Shown: positions 10,199-20,695 of the stretch, piece by piece
How positions within the stretch are numbered: position 1 is the first letter of the stretch
How the letters are laid out: each line of letters starts with the position of its first letter
Source of the DNA: a candidate division CSSED10-310 bacterium
GTDB lineage: Bacteria; CSSED10-310
Direction: 5' to 3'
Assembly: GCA_016927515.1 (NCBI GenBank)
Contig: JAFGMN010000256.1
Location: 1-56,120 of the forward strand
DNA: 56,120 nt
Translations under genes and position numbers: made by a program
Notes under the pieces: generated by a model
Told to the model about the DNA's origin: nothing
Seen by the model: the letters and a program-made list of their open reading frames with translations, nothing else
The model's database searches: none

Positions 10199-10995
10199 TT
10201 CTTTTTCCGGCCGACGACGGTGGGTGTGTCAGACAGGATTCCAATCAGTCTGTGAATTGTTTCCTTCATGTCTTTCCGTTCGACGATCATGTCCACCAAG
10301 CCGTGCTCCTGGCAAAACTCCGGTTTCTGAAAACCCTCGGGTAACTCACCCCCGATGGTCTGAGCGATGACGCGGGGGCCCGCGAAACCGATCAGGGCGC
10401 CTTTTTCAGCAACGATAACATCCCCCAGTGAAGCAAAGCTGGCCATCACCCCGGCAGTCGACGGATCGGTCAGAATGGAAATAAAGGGAACCCCGTTTTC
10501 CCGGAGTTTTCCACAGGCATATGAGGTCTTCACGAGTTGCATCAGGGAGTAGAACCCTTCCTGCATCCTGGCTCCGCCGGAACAGGAAACGGTAATAAAG
10601 GGTATACCGAGTTCCAGGGATCGCTCAGCGCCGCGCGTGATTTTTTCACCCACCACGGAGCCCATGCTGCCACCCATGAAGAAGAAATCCAGGATCGATG
10701 CTGATACGGGACGGGATTGCATGGTACCGAGAATATTCCTGCAAGCATCGTCCAGGCCGGATGAATCCCATGTCGCCTGCAGTCGAGCTTTGTAGGGTTT
10801 CGAGTCGACAAAATGCAACGGATCTGTAGCATACAGTGGTGTGTCTTTTTCTTCCCATCGGCCGTCATCGAACAGCAGTGTCGCCCATTCAAGCGACGCT
10901 AATCGATGATGATGACCGCACGTCGGACAGACCCGCCAATTTCGAATAAACTCGTCGTCCTGTATTTCCACCTGACATGATTTACATACCGCCAT
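10195..10995 (-). CDS. accD: Acetyl-CoA carboxylase carboxyltransferase beta subunit
   Basis: CKSC...CPTC Zn finger, FMGGSMGSVVGEK, SGGARMQEG, GFAGPRVI; GGAGG RBS before ATG 10995. Confidence 0.95.
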   Translation of the reverse strand: MAVCKSCQVEIQDDEFIRNWRVCPTCGHHHRLASLEWATLLFDDGRWEEKDTPLYATDPLHFVDSKPYKARLQATWDSSGLDDACRNILGTMQSRPVSASILDFFFMGGSMGSVVGEKITRGAERSLELGIPFITVSCSGGARMQEGFYSLMQLVKTSYACGKLRENGVPFISILTDPSTAGVMASFASLGDVIVAEKGALIGFAGPRVIAQTIGGELPEGFQKPEFCQEHGLVDMIVERKDMKETIHRLIGILSDTPTVVGRKKK

Positions 10996-11095
10996 GGCTG
11001 CCTCCTGTTCGTCCCGCACCGATTGCGGCCTATCATACGTGATCAATTATTCAATGTCATCCCGTTCGATCAAAGTGACCGGCTCGACACCCTCT

Positions 11096-11428
11096 TCACT
11101 CCACCACATTGTCCCGGATCAGTTTTTCAAAGGCCTGTTTCGGAGCCGCTCCCACATGACGGGCAACCGGTTTTCCGTTTTTGAACAAGATCAATGTCGG
11201 AATCCCAGAAACGCTGTATTGACGGGCCACATCACTGTTCTCGTCCACGTTCAATTTGAAGATTGTGACTTGTCCGGCCAGTGCAACGGCAATATCTTCA
11301 AGAATCGGAGTCACCATGCGGCAGGGACCGCACCAGGGAGCCCAGAAATCCACAACAATCAACCCATTTCCCGCAATCACCTTTTCCTGAAAATCGTCCA
11401 CACCAACCGCCTTTACATGCTCAGACAT
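11096..11428 (-). CDS. trxA: Thioredoxin
   Basis: DFWAPWCGPC active site, IPTL cis-Pro; GGAGG RBS. Confidence 0.95.
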   Translation of the reverse strand: MSEHVKAVGVDDFQEKVIAGNGLIVVDFWAPWCGPCRMVTPILEDIAVALAGQVTIFKLNVDENSDVARQYSVSGIPTLILFKNGKPVARHVGAAPKQAFEKLIRDNVVE

Positions 11429-11483
11429 ATTCTTCCTCCTTCCATGTTTCCGCTTGACCCGTCAGGTCGTCCCCGCCGACGAA

Positions 11484-12047
11484 TCATAACGGTAGATAAC
11501 GAACATCACCGGGTTGCAGAGAGCGCATATTATCCCGGTATATTTGTCTGATTCGTTGAAACACTTCGTCATACACAGCCGTCTTGAAATCCGGCAATGA
11601 CCACTCATACGGATGCCATCGGCCTTTCAGGTAAAACAACGTCGGATCCGCATAAATCCCACGGGACAGATAAATTTTCTGGGCCCGTTCCTTGACCGAA
11701 GCCAGAACCATTTTATAAAAATCCAGATATCCGGGGTCCAGATTCACCGGACGCCGTCCCTCCGAATCAGCAAACACTCCCTCCACCCGATTCGTCACAA
11801 TCTTGATTTCCGGGAGACACCCCGGATCCATTACCCGCTCGAAACTCCAGAAACATCGCCGAATGGAGTTCCCCATCTCCGCCGCATAGTAATCCGTCAA
11901 CGAAAAGAGATACTCGGGACTGGCATAATCGATCGGCCCTAACGCATCAACCAGCTGCTCCCGGACACGGTCCAGAACGTCCTGCGCAGATCCATACAGA
12001 AGTCCCGTGAAAAACTTCACGGGCTGGGGCAACCGGGGTCTTCCCAT
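11484..12047 (-). CDS. DUF4416 family protein
   Basis: TDYYAAEMG, RPVNLDPGYL, IYL..GIY, YEWSLPDF resemble DUF4416. Confidence 0.75.
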   Translation of the reverse strand: MGRPRLPQPVKFFTGLLYGSAQDVLDRVREQLVDALGPIDYASPEYLFSLTDYYAAEMGNSIRRCFWSFERVMDPGCLPEIKIVTNRVEGVFADSEGRRPVNLDPGYLDFYKMVLASVKERAQKIYLSRGIYADPTLFYLKGRWHPYEWSLPDFKTAVYDEVFQRIRQIYRDNMRSLQPGDVRYLPL

Positions 12048-12865
12048 TACGAACTCCTCTTCCGCGGCAACACGGCTTTGACATCGCCGACAATCGACCG
12101 GGCCTGTTCTACCAGGTCAAAGGCTATTCCGGTGTGCGCCGCAACCTGCCGATCGTAATCCTCCCGGATCGTATCCGAGCGACGGCCCGAACGATCCATC
12201 CATCGAATATGGCGGTCATGCAAATACATGCGTCCCTCGCCAGTCATCCGGGTAAACAGCAATGAATGCATCATGTTCCAGGAAAATGAATCGATCCAGT
12301 ATTGCCGGAATGTCTCCCGATCACAATCGGTTGCGTGGAGATGATATCGGTGTTTCGGACCGTCCGGTTCCAGCGTCACGAGATGCAGCCCTCCACCGGT
12401 ATCGCGCTCCAGACGAACCGGATGCAACCGTGTTTCGTGAACCGCAAAGCCGGTCTCGGGCAGTGGAAGAGGACGCGTGATTAAATATCCCGGATCCAGC
12501 AGATACTCCCGATCGTCGAACACAACTATCAATGCACAGTGATTATTGGCCGACCGGCCCAGATCCGCCATTCTGGGAGCACATCGATAACCATATGCCT
12601 CCAACACCATCTGCATGCAATACGTCAACGAAAAACACGTGCCTCCAGCCCCCAACTCGACAAACTCACGAAGAATATCCATCGGCATCCGCAACCGCTT
12701 GCCAGGATCCATCTCTCGAGCCGCACGAACAATTTTGCTTAAGTTTTCATACGGAATCAGCGCAAACTTGCCGGCAACCGTCTCCAAATGCTCCAGCGAA
12801 CACGGCTCGGTACCCACCGAAAAAACCCGTTCAAACTCCGCTGCCAGACATGCACCGATGATCAT
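12047..12865 (-). CDS. Arylamine N-acetyltransferase-like protein (Cys-His-Asp triad)
   Basis: IPYENL, GGTCF, NHCAL, YLLDPG. Start placed at the TGATG overlap with the upstream gene. Confidence 0.75.
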   Translation of the reverse strand: MIIGACLAAEFERVFSVGTEPCSLEHLETVAGKFALIPYENLSKIVRAAREMDPGKRLRMPMDILREFVELGAGGTCFSLTYCMQMVLEAYGYRCAPRMADLGRSANNHCALIVVFDDREYLLDPGYLITRPLPLPETGFAVHETRLHPVRLERDTGGGLHLVTLEPDGPKHRYHLHATDCDRETFRQYWIDSFSWNMMHSLLFTRMTGEGRMYLHDRHIRWMDRSGRRSDTIREDYDRQVAAHTGIAFDLVEQARSIVGDVKAVLPRKRSS

Positions 12866-14376
12866 CACCGCGGCTCCCCCCGCATAATCACGTTCCGGTT
12901 GTCCCGTCTGCTCCCCATTCGAAACATTAGACGTAAACCAGTCCGCTTCATCCACCGAAGGCATACACGCCCCCCCCGTTCCCAGCCGAAATCAAACAGA
13001 TGAAACAGGGCGACACACCAACAGGCGTGCCGGTGTTTGAGGAAAAACCGGATCAGTGTGCCGGGTGTTGTGTGAGTCAACCAGGTCAATCGATTCAGCA
13101 TCGTCGGTTGAATATCGAGATAGTTTTTATCCTCGGCCCGCATCATGCCTGTATTCCCTGTCAAATCCCGGGCCCGGTCATACAACGCTGTCCCGGGATA
13201 TAATGTCAGCGAAAACAGGTCCAGATGAAACGGTTTGTTTAGCCGGCTCAGTACGTGGACGGTCTCGGCCCGGTCGGCATCGGTTTCAAACGGATTATCC
13301 ACGATAACATCATAAGTACGAACCAACAGCCGATCCATGAATTCATCCAGCACGCCAGCCGCTCGGATGAAATCCGACACCGGTTCGTGACGGTGATAAA
13401 TTGTGCGTGATGTAGTATCCGAGCCTGACTGGAGCCCCATCTGAACGCCGATCAACCCGGCGTTGACCAGCATCTGCATGCGTTCTCGGCTCACCGATCG
13501 GGGATGAATCAGCACACCGAAACCGGCATTCACCGATGCGAATGCATCGCAAAAAGCCTCGATCCAACCGGGGGGTTTGAAAAAAAAGGAGTCATCCATG
13601 ATGGCGAATGCGTGACTGAATGGAAAATGATCGATGATATCGGTGATTTCCTTCATGAGATTCGCGACGGTACGAATGCGGATCGCATGTGCTTTTCCGA
13701 ATAGTGTCTGCAGGGCGCTGTTGCAGCAATACGTGCACTGATGAGGGCATCCTCTGGAGCTGATCACATAATGGCGGCCGTGGGACCACGGCATTTTCGT
13801 CCGAAAAAGAGTTTCGGATCCCGTGACAATGTGATCGCCTTCCAGGATAGCCTGGTGTGTCAGGTCATAATGAGGAGGGGGCCAGGCGTTCAAATCATCA
13901 ACGAGTTCCCGGCGACTCATATGAATGCCGTCATCCCGGCGATACCAGATATTGGGTATATCCGGCTGGGTCTGACCCGCACTCAATGCGCGCATCAGAG
14001 CTGGCACAGCCTCCTCACCGTCTCCTGCACAGACATAATCAGCGTGATCCAAACACGGCTCCGGCGCAAGAATCGGATGAATGCCTCCCCAGATAACCGG
14101 AATGGACAAACGATCCTGGATCGCCCGGGTCACATCGACGGCAAGAGAAAAATGGATCGACATCAGGCCCATGCCCACAAGTCCACAGGACTGTCCGTCA
14201 ATCCACTCGATTAACACATCCGTCTCCCGCTGCGACAACCGCTGCGACGGTTCCCGGCAGAGCCAGAGTATTTCCACGGAGATACCCGCTTGAACCGCCG
14301 CTGCCGCAACATAACGGACACCGAAATCAATGGTGGTGTTCTGCAGGGATATCAATGCCAGCCGAGGCGCATTCAT
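12865..14376 (-). CDS. Cobalamin-binding radical SAM protein
   Basis: N-terminal B12-binding region (VIWGGIHP, GDGE), SRGCPHQCTYC, GLQSGS, YPGT. Confidence 0.88.
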   Translation of the reverse strand: MNAPRLALISLQNTTIDFGVRYVAAAAVQAGISVEILWLCREPSQRLSQRETDVLIEWIDGQSCGLVGMGLMSIHFSLAVDVTRAIQDRLSIPVIWGGIHPILAPEPCLDHADYVCAGDGEEAVPALMRALSAGQTQPDIPNIWYRRDDGIHMSRRELVDDLNAWPPPHYDLTHQAILEGDHIVTGSETLFRTKMPWSHGRHYVISSRGCPHQCTYCCNSALQTLFGKAHAIRIRTVANLMKEITDIIDHFPFSHAFAIMDDSFFFKPPGWIEAFCDAFASVNAGFGVLIHPRSVSRERMQMLVNAGLIGVQMGLQSGSDTTSRTIYHRHEPVSDFIRAAGVLDEFMDRLLVRTYDVIVDNPFETDADRAETVHVLSRLNKPFHLDLFSLTLYPGTALYDRARDLTGNTGMMRAEDKNYLDIQPTMLNRLTWLTHTTPGTLIRFFLKHRHACWCVALFHLFDFGWERGGRVCLRWMKRTGLRLMFRMGSRRDNRNVIMRGEPR

Positions 14377-14538
14377 GGTCGGAGATCGTATCACAACCGG
14401 TAGCGGTTCGTCACATAATCTGCGGTCCCGGACCATCGTTCCGTCTCAGGATAAACCCGACCGGAAAAAAAATGATTGCATGAAGACGTATAAAATTTTA
14501 ATGTAATCCCGGCTGAATCAACAACATATGGGTGTAAG

Positions 14539-16941
14539 GTGCAGGAGGTCAACGAGGCCGTGGTAAAAATACTGCTTGTGGAAGCAAGCCAGAAAATTCA
14601 GAAACAGATGACGGATGCACTGGTCCGGGTTCGATTCAGCGTCGACTCCACCCAATGGGCGGAAGAAGCCCTGGCATTGGCGACCCGTCAGAGATTCGAT
14701 GCGGTGATGATTCATGACAATCTGACAGATATGCCCGCCTTGGATCTGATTCGGAATCTCCGGAAACAACTGCAGGACAATCAACTTCCCGTGATCATTG
14801 TGTATGGGAAATTCGATGCCAAGCACCGGATGGAAGTATGGCGAATCGGTGCCGACGATGTCATCGACATGCCGTTTGTTCTTCCAGAAGTCTTGCTCCG
14901 ACTGCATGTTCGCCTCCAAAAACGCGGTATCGTCAGGCACATCCCCGGATCGATCGAAGATATCGGCGAACCCGATACCGCACACGCGCCGGAAGGTCTG
15001 CCGTGTCACGGGTCGATTGAAACCCGGCCTCTCCCGGTTTGCCTGTCGATTCTGTTTCTGAACAAAGCGACGGGTATTCTGCGGTTTATCGAGGGCAAAC
15101 ATATCCGGTCATACTACTTTGAAAAGGGGTATATTCGGGGTACAAATTCATCAAAAAAGGAAGAAAATTTCGTCCGGTTGATGCAGAAATGGCTCGAGCC
15201 GCCCGGCGATATTCGAAAACACCTCAAATCGCTGTCGGATACGCTCTCGGATCGTGAGGCGGCAAAAACCGTCCGTCATCTGTGCGGATTGCAGGATCAA
15301 TCCATCGATGCCCTTGCCGTCCGGTATATGCATTATGTCGTCCAAGGATCCATCCACGCGGCCCGTGGCGAGTTCGACTGGTCTCCGGATGAGGTCCCCG
15401 AGGATATGCTGTTAGTTAGTTTCCGCGGTTTTCACCCGATCCATATATTGATGACCGTGATCCGGGACACGTCCCCGGTTGTGGATTACACACCGTTTAT
15501 CATCGGCAGAGACCTGTATTTAGCGCCGGGGACACGGGACGGGCGACTGCGTAATACGTATCGGATGACGGCACCGGAAGCATGCGTAACCGCGTTGACC
15601 GCTCAGGGCGTAACACTGGGTAACTGGTTGAAGCAAGCTGAAATCATTCTTCCCTATGCCAGTGCGTTCATTTACACAATGTTGCAGTTTCGCGTTTTTA
15701 CATGCACAGAGCGCAATGAATTGACTTCGGATGAAAAAGAGGCCGTGAGCTTGCCGGAGTTTGATTCGCCGGAAAACCTTGGAACAATGATCGATTCAGA
15801 TGAACAGGTTTCCGATGCTTCGGCGTTGGAAGAGAAGGAACCGGGGGTGGAGTCGGATCCTGTGATGATGGACCCAACGGATGAGACGCCAGCGCCGATG
15901 CCGAAAGTCCGGCCGGTCCCCACTGCGATAAGATCGGCCGGGGAGTCTATCGAGTATGATTCGGTTGTATCCGGGATAAGTCAATCCCAGGCGGAATCCG
16001 GTAAAAAGCCCGTAATGCCTTCCGGGGAAGCGACGATATCGTCGCGCGGAACAAAAGAGTCACTTGCCGCCAATAGATCCCGGAAAACGCAGCTCGAGCG
16101 GGAGTTGGACCGGTTCACCCAGCAGACAACTCCTCACGAGCGGTACAAACCTGCGACGACAGGGAGTGTCCCATCCAGAGAACCCCGATTCGTTCCGGAT
16201 GCGCTTGAATTCTTTGCCGTAAATCGCGATCGATTGGCAAACGGTCACACATGGGAAACCCATCCCGCCTTAATCTGTATAGTGATCATGCAATCGCAGC
16301 AGACGGGGATTCTCACCTTTCAGGATGCCGCCAGCGAATCCCGGCTTTACTGGCAAAACGGCCGTTTGGTATATGCAAAATCAACCAAACCACAACTCCG
16401 AATCGATCAGATCCTGTTCGATCTGGGAATGATCAATGCCGATCAAAAGGCCACGGCCAATGCTCTCTGGGAAGAATCCGGCGGAATGCGTTCGGGAACC
16501 ATGCTGTTCCGATTCAATATCGTCAATGTCATGGATTTGACCGAAGCGGTGAAAGAACAGATCCGGCTCATCATGATCGATGTCTGCAATATTCCAGCCG
16601 GTGACTATGACTTCAAGCCAGGGCCTCTGCCCCAGTCGGAGTATATTGCGTTCGACGTTTCCACGGAGCGGCTGTTAGTTCAGGGGATTCGGGAAATGGA
16701 TGATCTGGGGAATCTGCAGAAAGCCATACCGAGCCTCAACGTGAATATGGTTCAAAACACCGGCGCTATGGAAAGAGCCCAGGAAATGCACCTGGAAGGC
16801 ATCGATATTTCCATATTGAACCGCTTCAGAAAAGCCAATGCCATCAAATCCGCCTACGCCGGAATGGATATCAGCCTCCAATCATTCAAAAACACATTGG
16901 CCGGCCTCTATCTTCTAAACCTTCTGAAAATCGCGCTGTAA
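14539..16941 (+). CDS. Atypical receiver-domain protein with two DUF4388/PATAN-like domains
   Basis: N-terminal REC fold (GADDVIDMPF); two repeats of TGIL.F...(Y/W)..G (KATGILRF...YFEKG and QQTGILTF...YWQNG) separated by an acidic, Pro-rich linker. Confidence 0.7.
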   Translation: MQEVNEAVVKILLVEASQKIQKQMTDALVRVRFSVDSTQWAEEALALATRQRFDAVMIHDNLTDMPALDLIRNLRKQLQDNQLPVIIVYGKFDAKHRMEVWRIGADDVIDMPFVLPEVLLRLHVRLQKRGIVRHIPGSIEDIGEPDTAHAPEGLPCHGSIETRPLPVCLSILFLNKATGILRFIEGKHIRSYYFEKGYIRGTNSSKKEENFVRLMQKWLEPPGDIRKHLKSLSDTLSDREAAKTVRHLCGLQDQSIDALAVRYMHYVVQGSIHAARGEFDWSPDEVPEDMLLVSFRGFHPIHILMTVIRDTSPVVDYTPFIIGRDLYLAPGTRDGRLRNTYRMTAPEACVTALTAQGVTLGNWLKQAEIILPYASAFIYTMLQFRVFTCTERNELTSDEKEAVSLPEFDSPENLGTMIDSDEQVSDASALEEKEPGVESDPVMMDPTDETPAPMPKVRPVPTAIRSAGESIEYDSVVSGISQSQAESGKKPVMPSGEATISSRGTKESLAANRSRKTQLERELDRFTQQTTPHERYKPATTGSVPSREPRFVPDALEFFAVNRDRLANGHTWETHPALICIVIMQSQQTGILTFQDAASESRLYWQNGRLVYAKSTKPQLRIDQILFDLGMINADQKATANALWEESGGMRSGTMLFRFNIVNVMDLTEAVKEQIRLIMIDVCNIPAGDYDFKPGPLPQSEYIAFDVSTERLLVQGIREMDDLGNLQKAIPSLNVNMVQNTGAMERAQEMHLEGIDISILNRFRKANAIKSAYAGMDISLQSFKNTLAGLYLLNLLKIAL

Positions 16942-16943
16942 CG

Positions 16944-18452
16944 ATGAATCGAACTCCACGCGCTTTCGGCCTCCTTCACCACCCAACCTCACTGCCCTGC
17001 CGACACGGCATCGGATCCATCGGTCAACCCGCACATGCGTTCATCGATCTTTTGACGGAAACCGGCGTTTCGCTCTGGCAGATCCTCCCTCTGACTCCTC
17101 CGGCAACCGGGAATTCACCCTATTCATCCGATACGGCCTTCGCCGGCAATCCACTGCTGATCTGCCTCGACGATCTCGTTTCCCGCGGCTTGCTGGCTGC
17201 CGAAGCGGTTTCATCTCCGAACGGGTCCCCCCATTCAGTCGACTTCGCCGGTGTATCCGCTTTTAAAATGCCGCTGTTTAAACAGGCGTTTGACCGGTTT
17301 GAGCGTGATGGGGGCGCTCGGGATCCTTCATTCTTGCGGTTTATGAGTGATCATGCTTTCTGGCTTGACGATTACGCGCTGTTCAAGGCGATTCAGGCAA
17401 CGGCCGGATCATTCTGGCTGGAATGGCCGTTGAAGCTGAAGTTTCGAGATGCCGGAGCCTTGGGTGAGGTCCGAGATCGCGATGATCATCTGATCCGGTT
17501 TCATACATTCCTGCAATATCTATTCGATCAGCAATGGAACAGCGTCAAGCGGCATGCCACGCAATCGGGTGTCACACTGATCGGCGATATCCCGATTTTC
17601 GTATCCCTCGGCTCGGTTGATGTGTGGAAAAATCCCGCATTGTTTCAATTGGATGCCGATTTGAAGCCTGTTTCTGTTGCAGGTGTTCCACCCGACTATT
17701 TTAGTAAAACCGGTCAGTTATGGGGAAATCCGCTATATGATTGGGCTGCCATGGCTGCCGATAAGTATCGGTGGTGGACAAATCGGTTTGCCGTCACCCT
17801 GCGTGCGGTTGACTGTATCCGTGTTGATCATTTCCGGGGATTTGAAGCGTATTGGGCCGTACCGGCGGTGGACCGAACGGCGGAGAACGGCGAGTGGAAG
17901 CCGGGTCCGGGATCATCGCTTTTTGACACCATCCGGGACGTGTTAGGGGAGATTCCGGTGATTGCGGAGGATCTGGGCTGCTTGACGCCGGAAGTGGAGC
18001 GATTGAGAGATCGACTGGGTTTTCCGGGAATGAAGGTGTTGCAATTTGCTTTTGGTGGAGACGCATTCAATCCGTATTTAGCGCACAATCACACGCCGCA
18101 CTCGGTCGTCTACACGGCAACCCATGATAATGATACGACGCGGGGCTGGTGGCAGACCTTGGTGGATGCGGAGCGTGAGCGGATCGGGAATCAGATGACG
18201 ATTCTGCAAGGTCATCCGGTAACGGATCCTGTCAGTGACTTGATCCGGCTCGCGTTGGGATCCGTAGCGAATTGGGCGATCGTTCCAGTGCAGGATGTGC
18301 TGAATCTTGGATCGGAGGCACGAATGAACCGGCCGGGAGTCGCCGAGGGCAACTGGGGCTGGCGAATGGTTGAATGGAATCGGTTACGGCAGTGTTTAAA
18401 CGAGCTTCGACCCTTGCTGGAATTAACCGGTCGATTCAATTCTCCTCGGTAG
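16944..18452 (+). CDS. malQ: 4-alpha-glucanotransferase (amylomaltase, GH77)
   Basis: HPTSLP, WQILPL, GDIPIFV, GVPPDYFS.TGQLWGNP, RVDHFRG, IAEDLG, THDNDT. Confidence 0.95.
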   Translation: MNRTPRAFGLLHHPTSLPCRHGIGSIGQPAHAFIDLLTETGVSLWQILPLTPPATGNSPYSSDTAFAGNPLLICLDDLVSRGLLAAEAVSSPNGSPHSVDFAGVSAFKMPLFKQAFDRFERDGGARDPSFLRFMSDHAFWLDDYALFKAIQATAGSFWLEWPLKLKFRDAGALGEVRDRDDHLIRFHTFLQYLFDQQWNSVKRHATQSGVTLIGDIPIFVSLGSVDVWKNPALFQLDADLKPVSVAGVPPDYFSKTGQLWGNPLYDWAAMAADKYRWWTNRFAVTLRAVDCIRVDHFRGFEAYWAVPAVDRTAENGEWKPGPGSSLFDTIRDVLGEIPVIAEDLGCLTPEVERLRDRLGFPGMKVLQFAFGGDAFNPYLAHNHTPHSVVYTATHDNDTTRGWWQTLVDAERERIGNQMTILQGHPVTDPVSDLIRLALGSVANWAIVPVQDVLNLGSEARMNRPGVAEGNWGWRMVEWNRLRQCLNELRPLLELTGRFNSPR

Positions 18453-19773
18453 CGAACAGGGAAAGCTGTCCCTTCTGGATCAGGGGAAGGTCATTTGTAT
18501 ATTGCAGGTGTTTTTCACAGATGGCTCCGATGACGGCATACCGTTGAGCGAATTCGCTATCGACAAACACATATAACTTCCAGAGTTTTCCGTATTTTTC
18601 CTGGAGAGACATGACTTCGTGATTCCGGTAATCTCCGAGGGGACGTGCCGGTCGACGATCGACTTTGACGAGCACATCCGCTTCCTTCAGGTTCATTTTG
18701 GGTGGCGGCGCATAGATGATCACGGCTTCAGGAGGAATTTTCGCTTCCCGGGCAATTCTCCGTTCCATCACACCGCGGTGATTCCGCACGTTATCATGGT
18801 ATGTTTGGGAGATTTTCAGCCGCTCCGCTTCGGAAAGGGTGTGCTCGGTCAGCACAAAACAGCGTTTGTAAAGCGATCGGGACATGTAGTGCGATATCAA
18901 TCGGTGAATCGCCATGTCCTTGCCGAATTCGGTCTGAAGGACATACAAAAGGGCCTCGTCAGACATCGAAAATAATCGCTCCGTATCAAAACCCAGCTCA
19001 ACCGCCCGTTCGACCGCCCGTGACAACATGGCTCCGGCAGCAATTTTGGCATGATGATAATAGACCCGTTCCGTCAGGAAATACCGGATACGAAGCAGAT
19101 GGATGACTTCGGAGAAAGCATCGTGACGAAAAAGCCCGTTTTTCTGGAGATTCAGAACCAGCCGGCCGTCCTCGATGGTAAAATACCTGAAAATGCGATC
19201 ATCATAATCGATATTCAATCCGCAGAAACGGGCATCCCTTCGCAGATAATCCAGGAGATCGGCACAAATCGTATGGGAAATGACCTGTCCGGCCCATGTA
19301 GATCCATCCGGGGCGGCCTGCTTTTCGGACAACAAAGCGACAACGCGGTGCAGGATTTTGTGACGCTGTAGCAGCTTTCCGATTGGACTGTGATGAATGA
19401 AAAACTCCACGCGCTTCGGATCCTTGTCATGGCGCGGGAATATCCGTCGTTCATCTTCCAGCGTGTGACCGAACGGAATGTGCGTAACATCATGCAGCAG
19501 CGCTGCGGCTGCAATGGCTTTTTGTTCATCCTTGGTTACTTTGAGCCGGGTCTGGGTTTCCAGTGCATGAAGAATTTTCTTTGCCATCATGCAGGTTCCC
19601 AGGGAATGTTCGAAGCGGGTATGTTGAGCTGCCGGATACACGAGATAGCTAGCGCCCAATTGCCGGATACCTCTCAGCCGCTGCATAGCGGCGGTGTCCA
19701 TCAACTGGAGTTCCAGATCGGAAAACTCCAGATCCCCATGAATTGCATCGCGGATATGCTTCAAATCGGACAT
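18436..19773 (-). CDS. HD-domain phosphohydrolase (COG1078/SAMHD1-like, possible dNTP triphosphohydrolase)
   Basis: DAIHG, QRLRGIRQLG, HTRFEHSLG, ALLHD, ADLLDYLRRD, VYYHH. Confidence 0.85.
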   Translation of the reverse strand: MSDLKHIRDAIHGDLEFSDLELQLMDTAAMQRLRGIRQLGASYLVYPAAQHTRFEHSLGTCMMAKKILHALETQTRLKVTKDEQKAIAAAALLHDVTHIPFGHTLEDERRIFPRHDKDPKRVEFFIHHSPIGKLLQRHKILHRVVALLSEKQAAPDGSTWAGQVISHTICADLLDYLRRDARFCGLNIDYDDRIFRYFTIEDGRLVLNLQKNGLFRHDAFSEVIHLLRIRYFLTERVYYHHAKIAAGAMLSRAVERAVELGFDTERLFSMSDEALLYVLQTEFGKDMAIHRLISHYMSRSLYKRCFVLTEHTLSEAERLKISQTYHDNVRNHRGVMERRIAREAKIPPEAVIIYAPPPKMNLKEADVLVKVDRRPARPLGDYRNHEVMSLQEKYGKLWKLYVFVDSEFAQRYAVIGAICEKHLQYTNDLPLIQKGQLSLFATEEN

Positions 19774-19864
19774 GATGGTCCCTTTCGATCGTCCGGTAGA
19801 AAGTGATGTTCCCGGCGAAATACTGTCACAAACCCGAACGGGAAGAAACCCCTTCTGATTTTTT

Positions 19865-19893
19865 TAGACACGGGAGAATGGTCGCCGTATAAT
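19865..19893 (+). promoter_or_regulatory. Sigma70-type promoter for tal
   Basis: TAGACA-N17-TATAAT. Confidence 0.6.
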
Positions 19894-19959
19894 CAGCCGG
19901 GAATGGATGTCAGCCGACGACGAATTTGCACAGGTCGGCGTCAGGGAAGGAGATGCAAT

Positions 19960-20607
19960 ATGAAGTTTTTTTTAGACACGGCTAATGTCGAGGAGATCCG
20001 GAAGGCATTGCGGACGGGATTGGTGGACGGCATCACGACGAATCCGAGTCTGGTAGCCAAGGCAGGGCGGTCGTATCGGGATGTTTTGAACGAGATTTGT
20101 GATCTGGTAAATGGACCGATTTCTGCAGAAGTTCTATCGGTTGATGCTGCCGACATGGTTGTGGAAGCGGAGAATCTGGCTGGTATTCACCCGAACATTG
20201 TCATCAAGATACCGATGACGCAGGACGGGTTGATAGCGGCCAACGCGTTGGTCCGGCAAAATATACCGGTCAATATGACGTTGATTTTTTCGCCTTTGCA
20301 GGCATTGATCTGCGGAAAAATCGGTGTCGATTATGTCAGTCCTTTCATCGGTCGGCTCGATGATATAGCCCACACGGGGATGGACCTGGTTGCGGACATT
20401 TTGACAATCTATGAGAATTATGGGTTTGATACCGAAGTCATTGTCGCATCGGTCCGTCATCCGGTTCATGTAGTGGAGGCAGCCCGTCTGGGGGCTCACA
20501 TTGCAACGTTGCCGGCTGCTGTATTCGACCGGCTGGCATTGCATCCGCTCACTGATCTGGGAATGGAAAAGTTTCTTTCCGACGCCGCGAAGATTCCGCG
20601 GGAATAG
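19960..20607 (+). CDS. tal: Transaldolase / fructose-6-phosphate aldolase family (short TalC type)
   Basis: [37 protein letters not shown]; AAGGAG RBS. Confidence 0.92.
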   Translation: MKFFLDTANVEEIRKALRTGLVDGITTNPSLVAKAGRSYRDVLNEICDLVNGPISAEVLSVDAADMVVEAENLAGIHPNIVIKIPMTQDGLIAANALVRQNIPVNMTLIFSPLQALICGKIGVDYVSPFIGRLDDIAHTGMDLVADILTIYENYGFDTEVIVASVRHPVHVVEAARLGAHIATLPAAVFDRLALHPLTDLGMEKFLSDAAKIPRE

Positions 20608-20695
20608 GTTTCTGGGGTGGGTGGAGTATCCGGGTTTGTGGAGCATCCGGTTGGTCGAGGGGGAGAGGTGACGGAATACCGTTATCGGGTCTGAC

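Noticed and set aside
18436-19773. HD protein as an anti-phage dNTPase
   Set aside because: It sits between housekeeping genes (malQ, tal) with no defence context, and its motifs fit the widespread COG1078 family.
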